NCBI GenBank assembly: GCA_963733455.1
Contig: CAVTDE010000006.1
Coordinates: 218,373-282,372, forward strand
DNA from: an uncultured Bacteroidales bacterium
GTDB lineage: Bacteria > Bacteroidota > Bacteroidia > Bacteroidales > VadinHA17
Length of the DNA stretch: 64,000 bases
Reading direction: 5' to 3'
Shown here: piece by piece, positions 29,347 to 39,883 of the stretch
Layout: the number at the start of each line of letters is the position of its first letter
Numbering within the stretch: the first letter of the stretch is position 1
Translations under genes and position numbers: made by a program
Notes under the pieces: model-generated
The model's database searches: none
What the model was told of the DNA's origin: nothing
What the model saw: the letters and a program-made list of their open reading frames with translations, nothing else

Positions 29347-29422
29347 ACTTATTTGACGTTTTTGTCGGGAAAATTGGAAATGATTATCTTGAGGCAGTTT
29401 TTTTAAAAGGACTTTCCTACAA

Positions 29423-31243
29423 ATGAATGCCATGCCCGTTGTGATCGGTACCATTGCATTATTTGCAATTACGTACCGGTTATATTTCAGCTTCGTTGCG
29501 GCCAAAGTAGCTGTCAGGAACGACCTTGGTCAGACCCCGGCGCACAGACTTTATGACGGTCAGAATTATTACCCGATGAATAAATGGGTGTTATTCGGCC
29601 ATCATTTTGCTGCTATTGCCGGTGCCGGACCTCTTGTGGGACCTGTTCTTGCAGCACAGTTCGGATTTATGCCGGGATTTCTCTGGATGCTGATCGGTGC
29701 AGTAATGGCCGGATCAGTACATGATTTTGTGATACTGACAGCTTCGGTACAGCACGATGGAAAATCACTTGCTGCGATCGCAAAGGCTGAGATCAATAAG
29801 ATCAGCGGCGCTACAACATCGTTCGCAATAATCCTGATAATTGTTGTTGCACTTGCCGGATTGGGACTTGTTGTTATAAATGCACTTGCTGAGAGTTCAT
29901 GGGGAACATTCACCATTGCCTCAACGATCCCGATTGCAATAATAATGGGTGTCTGGATGTTTAAGATCAGAAAGGGGAAGACTGCTGAGGCGACGATCTT
30001 TGGTGTAATTATGCTGATCGTGGTAGTCGTTGCCGGCCGTTATGTTCCGGGCTCCCGGTTTGAAAGCTGGTTCTCTTTTGATCACAAAACCCTGACAATA
30101 CTTATTGCCGTTTATGGATTCCTTGCATCGGTATTGCCCGTATGGCTGCTACTTTCGCCACGGGATTACCTGAGCTCAATCATGAAGATATCGGTTATAG
30201 GGTTGCTTGCTATCGGATTAGTAATTGTTGCTCCGGAGATTAAAATGCCGGCATTTACCCTATTCACCGGAGGAGGAGGACCGATCATTCCCGGTAAACT
30301 ATACCCTTATTTATTTATAACTATTGCCTGCGGGGCAATTTCAGGATTTCATGCTCTTGTAAGTTCCGGCACAACCCCCAAGATGATCATGAGGGAATCG
30401 GACATAAAGACCATTGCCGTTGGATCGATGCTGACAGAGGGAGCAGTAAGCATTATGGCGCTAATTGCAGCAACAAGTCTTCTGCCGCTTGATTATTTTC
30501 AGATTAATGTGCCTGTGGATAAATTACAGGCTATCCTTCCAAAACTGCATGAGATGGGATTCACAGAATCGAATCTCGGACAGCTTTCGGCAAGCGTGGG
30601 TGAAAAAATTGCCGGTCGTACGGGCGGAGCGGTTTCACTGGGGGTCGGAATGGCATACATCTTTTCGTCAATTCCGGGAATGCGGCATCTGATGTCGTAC
30701 TGGTACCACTTTGCAATAATGTTCGAAGCGTTGTTCATTCTGACGACAATTGATGCCGGAACAAGAATTGGAAGGTTCGTATTGCAGGAAACTCTTGGTA
30801 AGGTTTATAAACCATTTCTAAAAACCAACTGGTTACCAGGCAATCTGATTGCCAGTGGATTAATAGTTTTCGCCTGGGCTTATTTTATATATACGGGAAC
30901 CGTTGCGACCATTTGGCCAATGTTCGGAACGGCCAACCAGCTACTGGCAACAATTGCTCTGGCAATCGGAACGTCATTCATTATTAACCGCGGTAGAATA
31001 AGATATGCGTGGGTTACACTTTTACCTATGACTTTTGTAGGCGTGACAACGCTTACGGCAGCTTATCTGAATATTAAGAATATTTATATTCCGCAGGTCG
31101 GGGTGCCGGCGACACTGGTTCCGGGAGTCATTAACCTGGTGCTTACATGTGCGATCATACTTTCTGTAATTATTATTTTGTCAAATGCAATACCTCAATG
31201 GGTGAGGGCTATTTCAGCCAGACAGGTTCCGGTTAAGGTTTAA
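29423..31243 (+). CDS. cstA: Carbon starvation CstA-family transporter
   Basis: [39 protein letters not shown]...[27 protein letters not shown]. Confidence 0.94.
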   Translation: MNAMPVVIGTIALFAITYRLYFSFVAAKVAVRNDLGQTPAHRLYDGQNYYPMNKWVLFGHHFAAIAGAGPLVGPVLAAQFGFMPGFLWMLIGAVMAGSVHDFVILTASVQHDGKSLAAIAKAEINKISGATTSFAIILIIVVALAGLGLVVINALAESSWGTFTIASTIPIAIIMGVWMFKIRKGKTAEATIFGVIMLIVVVVAGRYVPGSRFESWFSFDHKTLTILIAVYGFLASVLPVWLLLSPRDYLSSIMKISVIGLLAIGLVIVAPEIKMPAFTLFTGGGGPIIPGKLYPYLFITIACGAISGFHALVSSGTTPKMIMRESDIKTIAVGSMLTEGAVSIMALIAATSLLPLDYFQINVPVDKLQAILPKLHEMGFTESNLGQLSASVGEKIAGRTGGAVSLGVGMAYIFSSIPGMRHLMSYWYHFAIMFEALFILTTIDAGTRIGRFVLQETLGKVYKPFLKTNWLPGNLIASGLIVFAWAYFIYTGTVATIWPMFGTANQLLATIALAIGTSFIINRGRIRYAWVTLLPMTFVGVTTLTAAYLNIKNIYIPQVGVPATLVPGVINLVLTCAIILSVIIILSNAIPQWVRAISARQVPVKV

Positions 31244-31308
31244 AATGGGAAGTATTCGGGTGGAATGTGATTTAATGAATGTTTGGATTGATTATTAATA
31301 TCTGATAT

Positions 31309-31926
31309 ATGGATTTGTTCTATGATCTTTTTGATTGGTACATGGCCAATCTTAATTATTTTACAATAGCGTTGCTCATGATGATTGAAAGCACCTTTCT
31401 TCCTCTGCCTTCTGAAGTTGTTGTACCGTTTGCTGCATATAAGGCTGCCCAGGGAGAACTGAGCGTTATCGGGGTCGTCATATTCGGAACTTTGGGTGCT
31501 TTAACAGGTTCACTCATTAATTATACTCTGGCTTATTACCTGGGGCGTCCTATAGTCTATAAATTTGCTGATTCAAAGGTCGGGAGGTTATTTCTTCTCT
31601 CAAAGGAAAAGGTCGAACATGCAGAGAATTATTTTATAAGGAACGGCAAAACCTCAACTTTCGTTGGTCGTTTAGTCCCCGGGATCAGGCACCTTATTTC
31701 AATTCCTGCAGGACTCGCGAAAATGGATCTGCGTGATTTCATGCTGTTTACGTTTGCGGGGGCAGGCATATGGAACATCATTCTTGCAATAATAGGATTC
31801 TACCTGTATGAGGTCAGGGAACAGATTTTTCCTTACCTGGGTCATATTCTGGTCGGGTTGGGGGTTTTGTTCGTATTATACCTGATCGTTAAAGCCAGGG
31901 TGGAGAAGAAGAAAGATAAAAGATAA
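31309..31926 (+). CDS. DedA-family membrane protein
   Basis: IEST..PLPSEVV.P.A, GRLVPGIRHLISIPAG. Confidence 0.92.
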   Translation: MDLFYDLFDWYMANLNYFTIALLMMIESTFLPLPSEVVVPFAAYKAAQGELSVIGVVIFGTLGALTGSLINYTLAYYLGRPIVYKFADSKVGRLFLLSKEKVEHAENYFIRNGKTSTFVGRLVPGIRHLISIPAGLAKMDLRDFMLFTFAGAGIWNIILAIIGFYLYEVREQIFPYLGHILVGLGVLFVLYLIVKARVEKKKDKR

Positions 31927-31963
31927 AAGGAAAAAGATAAAAGGAAAAAAGCCCCCTACGGGG

Positions 31964-32262
31964 TATGGCAGTCAACTTAAGGAATAGGATACCTTATGAA
32001 TTAAACTGTATGCAACTGATTTGCAATAATTTACATTTGGGATTGTGAAAAAGTCTTTCTTAACCGCAAAGCACGCAAAGAAGGCGCAGAGGACACAAAG
32101 TTAAAAAGTTAATAATTAGCTCTTTGCGATCTTTCCGTAAATCCTTCGCGATCTTTGCGGTTAATGGATTTAGACTTTTTAAACACCTCAAACTTATTTA
32201 ATTGTATTTCTGCTAATTAGATAATTATAAGTATAAATCTGATTCTTAGGTTGACGGCTATG
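31964..32262. mobile_element. Complete MITE-like element with 10-bp TSD CCCTACGGGG and REP cargo at 32039-32189
   Basis: CCCTACGGGG at 31954-31963 and 32263-32272; degenerate TIRs TATGGCAGTCAACTTAAG / CTTAGGTTGACGGCTATG. Confidence 0.85.
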
Positions 32263-32324
32263 CCCTACGGGGTTGGGAGTTTGATTATCACGTCGGTAGG
32301 CAATGCAGGCCGAGGACCCCGGGT

Positions 32325-34157
32325 TTATCTCAGCCATTTATCAAGTAAAGCTTTCTGTTTAGACGTAGGATCCGCCATAGGCTTGATCTCAAAGCTTCTG
32401 ACCAGTTTCTTACCGAGGACCACATCGAAGGTATTGGTAATATCGCGGTGTGCGACGGTCAATGTCAGTTTATCACCAGGGTTTTTTGTTCCCAACAATT
32501 CGTTAAGAAGAGCGGCAGTTGCTTTTTCCCCGTTGATTTCTTTTATGATATCCTGCTGACTTAAGCCTGCGATATAACCCGGAGAGTTCCATTCTGACTT
32601 TGTAATAATCAGATTGTCACCCTCTTCACGGGAAGTGATGCCAAGCCATGCGCCAGGAGCTTCGGCCGGGTTCGTATCAATGGTTAATCCTGCATAACCC
32701 AGGTATTTTGCATAGTCAATATCGTCGACAGTAGGAATATAGACGTCAAATAGTTCAGAAAGCGACGATCCGGCAAATTTTTCACAGACTTCCCTGAATT
32801 CCTTGTCAGTGAACCCTCTCTTTTTATCCCTGTAATAAACCTGGTAGAGATTCATCATGACATCATCGAGCGACTTCTTATTCCCTGATTCGTACCGGAT
32901 CTTAAGGTCGAGGAGCATACCCATTGCACAACCTTTATCATAATATGAAATTGTTGTATTTGAGGCATTTTCCGACCTGTTGAAAAAGAGCATCCACGAG
33001 TCAAAGCTGGACTGGGCAACTGATTGAAAAAGATGTCCGGGGATGTTTTCATAATTTGAAATCGAGGTTTTCATCTCCTTCAAAACGTCCTCACGGTTGA
33101 AAAAGCCGGCACGGTTGAGGATAAGATTTTCATAGTAAGAGGTCACACCTTCCGAGAACCATAACATATCGGTGTAGTTTTCCTTATCATAATCAAATGG
33201 GCCAAGAGCAATTGGCCTGATAGTCTTTACATTATAGAGATGGAAGAACTCGTGTGCTATAAACGACAGCCACCCGTTGATTGCCTGAGGAGTGTTGAAA
33301 TCCAGGCGATTTGAAAATACTGCCATTGAATTGGTATGCTCAAGTCCCCCGCCTCCTCTATTCATTATAATGAATGTGTAGTGTTTATAAGGAATTTCTC
33401 CAATCAGTGAGGTACTTGTCTCAACTATTTTTTTAAAATCTTCAACCATGACAGATCTGTCGATATTGCCCAGATTTTCACCGGCAATGGTATATGGAAT
33501 TCCTCCGGTTTCAAACTTCAGGATTTCCTGATTGCCGATAAGGATGGGACAGTCATAAAGAACATCAAAACCCGGAGCAGAAAATGTATTTTCCTTTCCT
33601 GCAACCGGGTCGAGCCCGGTGGATATATTCTTAAACTTCTCATAAGGTTTTATTGAGACCGTAACCGGCTGATCCTTCTGACCGGCCGGGTACATAAAGA
33701 TCCCTGTCGGAGAGATAAATCCCTTTCCGTCATCGAGGAAAGAGTCAGCAACCGAGGTTCTGAAAGCGAAAACATCGTAGCTTACCGATAAGATATGCGT
33801 AAATTCAGTATTTACTTTCCAGCGGTTTTTTGAGGTCTTTTCCCACGCCAGACCTTTTCCTGATCCGTCAGCAGCCTTGAATTCAATGAGATATTTGGCA
33901 TAATCCATTATCATATAATACCCGGGAGTCCACACAGGAAGTTTCAGCTCAACAGATTTTTCATTTATTCCGGTATACAACAGCGTTACATGGAAATAAT
34001 GATTGTTGGGATTTTCCATTGAAACAGTATATATAATGTTATTCCCGGCTTTTTGATCCTGAAAGTTACCATTGGCAACAAGCGTCATAACTGATGCAAA
34101 TACCATGCATAAGATGCGGTTCTTAACTAAGACTGCAGAGGCTTTTTTTGTTGGCAT
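32325..34157 (-). CDS. M61-family glycyl aminopeptidase with C-terminal PDZ domain
   Basis: P.WTPGYY, GGGLEH.NS, HEFFHLYNVK.IRP, LWFSEG.TSYY, SYYDKG, PDZ-like tail. Confidence 0.9.
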   Translation of the reverse strand: MPTKKASAVLVKNRILCMVFASVMTLVANGNFQDQKAGNNIIYTVSMENPNNHYFHVTLLYTGINEKSVELKLPVWTPGYYMIMDYAKYLIEFKAADGSGKGLAWEKTSKNRWKVNTEFTHILSVSYDVFAFRTSVADSFLDDGKGFISPTGIFMYPAGQKDQPVTVSIKPYEKFKNISTGLDPVAGKENTFSAPGFDVLYDCPILIGNQEILKFETGGIPYTIAGENLGNIDRSVMVEDFKKIVETSTSLIGEIPYKHYTFIIMNRGGGGLEHTNSMAVFSNRLDFNTPQAINGWLSFIAHEFFHLYNVKTIRPIALGPFDYDKENYTDMLWFSEGVTSYYENLILNRAGFFNREDVLKEMKTSISNYENIPGHLFQSVAQSSFDSWMLFFNRSENASNTTISYYDKGCAMGMLLDLKIRYESGNKKSLDDVMMNLYQVYYRDKKRGFTDKEFREVCEKFAGSSLSELFDVYIPTVDDIDYAKYLGYAGLTIDTNPAEAPGAWLGITSREEGDNLIITKSEWNSPGYIAGLSQQDIIKEINGEKATAALLNELLGTKNPGDKLTLTVAHRDITNTFDVVLGKKLVRSFEIKPMADPTSKQKALLDKWLR

Positions 34158-34192
34158 ATTGATGTTAAAATAGTTAACAATTAATAAAATGA

Positions 34193-34705
34193 TTAAGCTT
34201 CAGCTACAAGCTTACTTTTCCGTTTTCTCTGGTGTGTGCTGCTCTTTTTGAATTCCTTTGACAATACACTGATATTGCCATCTGATTCAAGAATTACAAG
34301 GTTAACATCTTTTATGGACCTGGCACCATGTTCATGAATAGTTTCTATCAATTCATTAACTGATATCCTTGCCTTTCTGAGATTCTCCTCCTTGATCACT
34401 CCATTGTAGACAAGCATAATTGCTTCGCCTGATACAAATTTTTGAAATCCGGGGAATTTATATAACAGAAGCTTTAAAAGATAGTTAACAATGAACAATG
34501 TGCCAGCTGCAACAAGACCACCTGCAAGGGATGTGTCGTTACCTACCATAGCATTCTGAACCGCGTTGCTTATAAGTAAAACGAACACCAGATCGGTGAC
34601 CGAAAGCTGTGCAAATTCCTTTTTACCGAATAACCTTACAGCTATTATGATAAATAGATATACTACAGCCGAACTCAGCATTATTGCTAAATAGCCTTTT
34701 AACAT
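34193..34705 (-). CDS. DUF421/YetF-family membrane protein
   Basis: RLFGKKEFAQLSVTDLV..LLISNAV, ILESDGNISV. Confidence 0.88.
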   Translation of the reverse strand: MLKGYLAIMLSSAVVYLFIIIAVRLFGKKEFAQLSVTDLVFVLLISNAVQNAMVGNDTSLAGGLVAAGTLFIVNYLLKLLLYKFPGFQKFVSGEAIMLVYNGVIKEENLRKARISVNELIETIHEHGARSIKDVNLVILESDGNISVLSKEFKKSSTHQRKRKSKLVAEA

Positions 34706-34782
34706 AATATTATAAATTTACTCCATGAGATTGCTTCTGGAAACATTCCGTACTTCAATGACAATGCAAACTTCAGGATTAC

Positions 34783-35274
34783 CTAAACTTCAGCAAAGGC
34801 GACAATATAGTTATGTCCGTATTTTTTAGCGCATTTGGGACAGTAAGTGTAGTAGAAATAATACTTTTTGGCCTTTTTATTGGTCTCAGCAAGGTGTTGT
34901 TCGAAATCCTTAAGATATTTCGGGACATGGTTATAGGGTCCATCATAGACTTTGCTTGCAAAATTTCCGGAGAGTTTTACGTTTTCAGCTCCGGGAACTT
35001 CCTTTGTGACATTCATATAAAGCTCACTTTTCCATGGTGAAGGATCGTAAGCCAAGAGAAGGAAATCCTTCTTTTCTGATGCAGCACCTGCATCCTGTGC
35101 TTTTTTCCACATCCTTCCGATGACTTTACCCATCATTGAAGGAAGGGGCATATGTAAAAACTGCGGAAGATAATCCCTGATAAAGGGTTTATCGACCCAA
35201 ACATTTGTTTTGGCATCCCAGGGTTCCGGATTAAATTCCGGGCAACATTCCTGTTCGTTAACTGTGTCGTTCAT
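34783..35274 (-). CDS. Conserved hypothetical protein (GyrI-like small-molecule-binding fold suspected)
   Basis: CCP.F.P..WD N-terminus, KVYDGPY, YYTYCPKCAKKYGHNY.V. Confidence 0.6.
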   Translation of the reverse strand: MNDTVNEQECCPEFNPEPWDAKTNVWVDKPFIRDYLPQFLHMPLPSMMGKVIGRMWKKAQDAGAASEKKDFLLLAYDPSPWKSELYMNVTKEVPGAENVKLSGNFASKVYDGPYNHVPKYLKDFEQHLAETNKKAKKYYFYYTYCPKCAKKYGHNYIVAFAEV

Positions 35275-35374
35275 TTCAGAAAGGTTATGAATGAGGCTGT
35301 AAATTAGACATAATCTTTAAAATATGACTATTAAGGAGTCAGAATTTAGTAAGAAAATCAGGTATAAGCGATGG

Positions 35375-35806
35375 TCAAAGGAAAATAGGAACAGAGAAAA
35401 GAAGCAGCACAACACCTATTGAAGTAATAATAGTAGCGGGCCTTATTTTAAAGTTTTCGACCTTCCAGATGTTCACCATCGGGCAGGAGAGGGTGTGATT
35501 CTCAACTCTGATTGCGGACGGGGGTCCCGCATAGATGTTTATTTTCCGGAGTTTGTTATTCACTACACTTGCAGGATCTACAATTATTCCCGAAAACATA
35601 CCATTTTCGGCAGGGACGGGAAGGACTACCCAAACACTGTCGCCTGAATGAAAGGAATAGATTTTCTTTCCTTTCGGCATATTTGTAACTTGCGACGGAG
35701 TATCAATCAGGGTTGCACAGCCTGTAACAGTAATAAGTGAAAGTATGAAAACTATAAAGAAGGCATATCGCCGAAATAGTTTAAACGTCATACTGAACAG
35801 CTTCAT
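35375..35806 (-). CDS. Hypothetical lipoprotein/membrane protein
   Basis: VTGC lipobox and hydrophobic C-terminus; GTGA/ATGA-type overlap with the upstream gene. Confidence 0.6.
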   Translation of the reverse strand: MKLFSMTFKLFRRYAFFIVFILSLITVTGCATLIDTPSQVTNMPKGKKIYSFHSGDSVWVVLPVPAENGMFSGIIVDPASVVNNKLRKINIYAGPPSAIRVENHTLSCPMVNIWKVENFKIRPATIITSIGVVLLLFSVPIFL

Positions 35807-36159
35807 TCAACAATTTCGGCCTCATCAATCCTGCCGGGCCGGATATTGACACGCCGGCGTTGAACTCTGTTAACACCCTTGCTCCCAAAGAATCCCCAGC
35901 CTCCGCTTCCCAGAAGGAATCCCAGTGCATACAGGCCTCCATTATTGTTTTGGGCGTACATTGTGATCTCGTTGTTAAACAGCATCCCTATAAAATCAAA
36001 AGGAGCAATAAAGCCATGCCACAATCCGCCGAAAAAACCGTATTTATGTCCGCTGAGGCATTGTTCAACTATTTCATTATTAGCACATCCTGTTATAATT
36101 ATAAGCAAGAATAAAGAAATCAGGATCAGAGAATTTTGCGGTGATTTTAGTAGTTTCAT
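35803..36159 (-). CDS. Small conserved hypothetical membrane lipoprotein
   Basis: ITGC lipobox; GFFGGLWHG.IAPF...MYA..NNGG.Y..GFLLG. Start re-assigned to the ATG at 36159. Confidence 0.65.
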   Translation of the reverse strand: MKLLKSPQNSLILISLFLLIIITGCANNEIVEQCLSGHKYGFFGGLWHGFIAPFDFIGMLFNNEITMYAQNNNGGLYALGFLLGSGGWGFFGSKGVNRVQRRRVNIRPGRIDEAEIVE

Positions 36160-36187
36160 TTTGTTTATATTAAGAATTGTATAATTT

Positions 36188-36706
36188 TCAAAACAAGGTT
36201 CCTTCAACAGGTTTTCCGGAATATTTCTTTTCATGATCAATAAGCCATCTTTTCCTTTCGAGGCCTCCTCCATAGCCGGTAAGACTTCCATCGGATCCGA
36301 TCACCCTGTGACAGGGAATCACAATAGCGATTCTGTTGGTACCGTTTGCATTTGCAACTGCCCTGACCAAACCAGGATTATTCAACGATCGCGCCTGTTC
36401 GAGGTAGGAACGCGTTATTCCATAAGGGATATTTCGTAATTCTTTCCAGACAGCCTGTTGAAATTCTGAACCTTTGATCACCAGAGGAACGCTAAACTTC
36501 TTCCGCTTCCCGATAAAATATTCTTTTAACTGTTTCCTTAATCTTCTCAGATGTCTGTTCTCACCGGGTTCCACGGATGTGTTAAATAAAGCAGCAAGTT
36601 TCTCAGATTCAGAATTTGTGCTGAATTCAAGGAGGCAAACCCCGTCCCTGGTAGCTCCAGCTGTCATTTCACCGAGTGGTGTTTCGATTTTCATTAATTT
36701 TATCAT
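36188..36706 (-). CDS. ogt: Methylated-DNA--protein-cysteine S-methyltransferase
   Basis: FQQAVW..L..IPYG, RAVANAN, IPCHRVIG active site, GYGGG..RK.WL. Confidence 0.95.
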   Translation of the reverse strand: MIKLMKIETPLGEMTAGATRDGVCLLEFSTNSESEKLAALFNTSVEPGENRHLRRLRKQLKEYFIGKRKKFSVPLVIKGSEFQQAVWKELRNIPYGITRSYLEQARSLNNPGLVRAVANANGTNRIAIVIPCHRVIGSDGSLTGYGGGLERKRWLIDHEKKYSGKPVEGTLF

Positions 36707-36714
36707 ACCCGATA

Positions 36715-36769
36715 AGCTGTTTCGCTGTTTTGCCGTTACGCCTTTGCGCCTTTGTGCCTTTGTGCCGTT
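36715..36769. repeat. Degenerate 8-bp tandem repeat (GCYKTTNN x7) in the ogt upstream spacer
   Basis: gctgtttc gctgtttt gccgttac gcctttgc gcctttgt gcctttgt gccgttat; reverse complement resembles the 21948 array. Confidence 0.7.
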
Positions 36770-37190
36770 ATTTTCCCAATCTCTCAGAAGTCGATTTGAT
36801 ATACTTTTTATTCCTGAACCTCATTGCTGACCAGTCAGCATCCAAAGAAACCAGACGGATACCATAAAAATCAGACTTATTTAAAGCTTTCCATCCGTGA
36901 TCCCTGTCAATTTCGGAAGTATAGTTCTTTGATGATTTTTTGGGATAACAAAACCACAGGGCACCGTCCGCCACAAGATTATGAAGCGCAATCGGAGCAT
37001 AATGTTCCACCTCGGAAACTTTTCTGACAAAGACTACCATAAAATCGTAAGGGAATCGCTGATCTATGTCATTATCTATTATTACATCCTCGGGATCAAC
37101 AAGAGGGGTGATAGTGAAGTTTGCTTCAACGTTAATCACTGCAATCCTTTTCTGACCTTTGTAACTAAGTTTTTCAAGAAGTGTCTTCAT
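36768..37190 (-). CDS. Conserved hypothetical protein (DUF3052-like)
   Basis: LWFCYPKKSSK...IDRDHGW and VSLD.DWSAMRFR motifs. Confidence 0.7.
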   Translation of the reverse strand: MKTLLEKLSYKGQKRIAVINVEANFTITPLVDPEDVIIDNDIDQRFPYDFMVVFVRKVSEVEHYAPIALHNLVADGALWFCYPKKSSKNYTSEIDRDHGWKALNKSDFYGIRLVSLDADWSAMRFRNKKYIKSTSERLGK

Positions 37191-37289
37191 ACCTGTCCGG
37201 TTATTTGAGAACTAAAGGTAGTAAAAATATATATTGGTAAAGGAGAGGGCATTCCTTATGAAAAAAGATCGTATCTTTGTTTTATCAAT

Positions 37290-37365
37290 AATGGGGTGCC
37301 TTAATACTACGGGCTGAGATCACACCCTTAAACCTGATCCGGGTAATGCCGGCGGAGGGAAGAGA
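37290..37365 (+). promoter_or_regulatory. TPP riboswitch
   Basis: GGGGTGCC...GGGCTGAGATCACACCCTT.AACCTGATCCGGGTAATGCCGGCGGAGGGAA. A TATCTTTG -7 box lies at 37272-37279, and the element precedes a TonB receptor and pnuC. Confidence 0.95.
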
Positions 37366-37430
37366 GAGTTCCATATAAATCAGCTTAGTATAACAACCTC
37401 ATTTTAAAGACTTAAAATTGAGCTTGTGAA

Positions 37431-39866
37431 ATGATTAAACTGAAATTTCTTTTTCTTATTCTTTTGGGAGCTGCAATTGGTTCCCCTGCTTTTTGCCAGC
37501 AACCTGATGGAGCTGTGCTGACCGGAAAGGTCACAGATACTAACGGTGCTCCGCTTGCAGGAGCAAGTGTAACAGTTACAGGAACCTACAAGGGAGTTCA
37601 AACGGCCGCCGATGGGACTTACTCAATTCCAAACTTACCCAGGAAAACCTTATCGGTTCGTTTTTCATTCATAGGTTATTCCACTGATATACAGAATGTA
37701 AACCTTGCAACTGACTTTGTTTTGAATGTAGTTCTCGAAGAGAGAGCTTTAATTACCGATGATGTTGTGGTTAAAGCAATAAGGGCCGGAAACCGGGCTC
37801 CCATGACTTATACCAATATTTCAAATGAACTAATAAGTCAGCAGAACACCGGTCAGGATATACCATTTCTTTTAAGCCTTACACCATCACTGGTTGAAAC
37901 ATCGGAAGCAGGTAACGGAGTCGGCTATACAAGCCTCAGGATCCGCGGAACCGATGGCAGCAGGATCAATGTGACGATCGACGGTATTCCGCTTAATGAT
38001 TCCGAATCACAGCAGGTCTTCTGGGTCGATCTGCCTGATCTGGCTTCCTCAGTCGATAATATTCAGGTTCAGCGCGGTGTGGGCACTTCATCGAATGGTG
38101 CAGGGGCATTCGGGGCATCAATCAACATTCAGACAAAAGGAATTGAAACCAAACCGTTTGCCGAGATTAATTCTTCGGCAGGTTCTTTTAATACCTTTAA
38201 AAATAATCTTACCGTTGGAACAGGACTCGTAAATGACAGGTTCGCATTTCAGATGCGCCTTTCCGATCTGGTAAGTGATGGCTATATTGAGAGAACCGGT
38301 TCCCGGCACCGGTCTGCATTCTTAAGCGGAACATACAGAACCGGTAAATCAATGTTAAAAGCTAATGTCATCCTTGGAGAAGAACATACCGGAATAGGAT
38401 GGTGGGGAGTTCCACGCGAAATGCTTTCAATCAACAGAAGATTTAATCCTGCAGGGCAATATACCGATGAGTACGGCGTAACTCAATACTATGGTAATGA
38501 AAGCGATAATTATGTTCAAAACCATTTCCAGGTCATTTACAGCAGACAATTAAATAATAATTATTCTTTCCATACTGCGCTTCACTATACAAAAGGAGAG
38601 GGATATTATGAAGAATATCAGGAGAATATATCGCTGTCAGATTATGGATTATCTGAAATTGTCAGAGGCGATACCACCATTCGTGAAACGAATCTCATAC
38701 AAAGAAAGTGGTTGTCGAATGATTTTTATGGTATGGTCTATTCCCTCAATTATAATAACAAGAAGCTTGAAGCTAGTGTGGGAGGCGGAGTGAATCTCTA
38801 TTCCGGCGATCATTTCGGAAGGATAATCTGGATGAAGGATCCGGGCAGGATCCAAAAAGATTATCAATGGTACCTGAATAATGGTGAAAAATCGGAAGTG
38901 AACTTTTTTGGCAAGGCAACCTATTCAATATCAGGCAAGGTAGCCGCATTTGGCGACCTTCAGTACCGGTTTATCAACTATGATCTGAAAGGAATTGATG
39001 ATGATCTGAAAGATTTGACGCAAAGCCACAGGTTCAGTTTCCTGAACCCTAAAGCAGGCTTATTCTTTTCAATCAGTCAGAACAGGGAAGCCTATCTTTC
39101 ATTTTCTGTTGCTCACAGGGAACCGACGCGAGCCGATTTTAAGGAGGCTTCAGGTGATCCGGCGGCGATGCCGAGAGCAGAAAGATTGTATGATCTGGAA
39201 GCAGGTTATAAGCTCAGATCAGGAAACACATCGTTTGCAGTGAATCTGTACGGCATGTACTATAAAGATCAGCTTGTACCTACCGGTGAACTCTCAAATG
39301 TCGGGTATCCGATAACAACAAATGTAAAAAGGAGTTACAGGACGGGAGCCGAGTTTATTGCGGGAATCAAACCTTCCGGAAGGATTAGCTGGGATCTAAG
39401 CCTGACTCTCAGCAGAAATAAGATACCTGATTTTACGGAGCACTACCTGGACTATAATACCTCCGACGGATCATCAGAATATAAGAGCAGGAATCTTGGC
39501 AACGTGGATATAGCTTACTCGCCATCCGTTATCGGGAGCAGCGATATCTCGGTGAGCATGCTTCCTTCACTGAAAGCTCATTTTATTAGCAAATATGTAG
39601 GGAGACAATACTTTGATAACACAATGAGCAACGACAGGATGGTTAACCCTTATTTTGTGAACAATGTCAGAGTTGATTTTGATCCGGTAATCAGGAAAAT
39701 CAATGGAATCCGGATCCAACTTCTTGTAAACAATGTCTTTAATTCATTATACGAGAGTAATGCTTACGGCGGGAACTGGTACGAGGACGGAATTGAAAAG
39801 ACCTGGTCATATTATTTTCCGCAGGCAGGAATTAATTTCATGATGAGGCTGGGGCTAAAATTCTGA
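37431..39866 (+). CDS. TonB-dependent receptor, probable thiamine transporter
   Basis: N-terminal CarboxypepD_reg-like domain, plug (RIRG.DG.RINVTIDGIPLND.ES..VFW), C-terminal F; under a TPP riboswitch. Confidence 0.88.
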   Translation: MIKLKFLFLILLGAAIGSPAFCQQPDGAVLTGKVTDTNGAPLAGASVTVTGTYKGVQTAADGTYSIPNLPRKTLSVRFSFIGYSTDIQNVNLATDFVLNVVLEERALITDDVVVKAIRAGNRAPMTYTNISNELISQQNTGQDIPFLLSLTPSLVETSEAGNGVGYTSLRIRGTDGSRINVTIDGIPLNDSESQQVFWVDLPDLASSVDNIQVQRGVGTSSNGAGAFGASINIQTKGIETKPFAEINSSAGSFNTFKNNLTVGTGLVNDRFAFQMRLSDLVSDGYIERTGSRHRSAFLSGTYRTGKSMLKANVILGEEHTGIGWWGVPREMLSINRRFNPAGQYTDEYGVTQYYGNESDNYVQNHFQVIYSRQLNNNYSFHTALHYTKGEGYYEEYQENISLSDYGLSEIVRGDTTIRETNLIQRKWLSNDFYGMVYSLNYNNKKLEASVGGGVNLYSGDHFGRIIWMKDPGRIQKDYQWYLNNGEKSEVNFFGKATYSISGKVAAFGDLQYRFINYDLKGIDDDLKDLTQSHRFSFLNPKAGLFFSISQNREAYLSFSVAHREPTRADFKEASGDPAAMPRAERLYDLEAGYKLRSGNTSFAVNLYGMYYKDQLVPTGELSNVGYPITTNVKRSYRTGAEFIAGIKPSGRISWDLSLTLSRNKIPDFTEHYLDYNTSDGSSEYKSRNLGNVDIAYSPSVIGSSDISVSMLPSLKAHFISKYVGRQYFDNTMSNDRMVNPYFVNNVRVDFDPVIRKINGIRIQLLVNNVFNSLYESNAYGGNWYEDGIEKTWSYYFPQAGINFMMRLGLKF

Positions 39867-39883
39867 ATGAAATTCAGGGAATC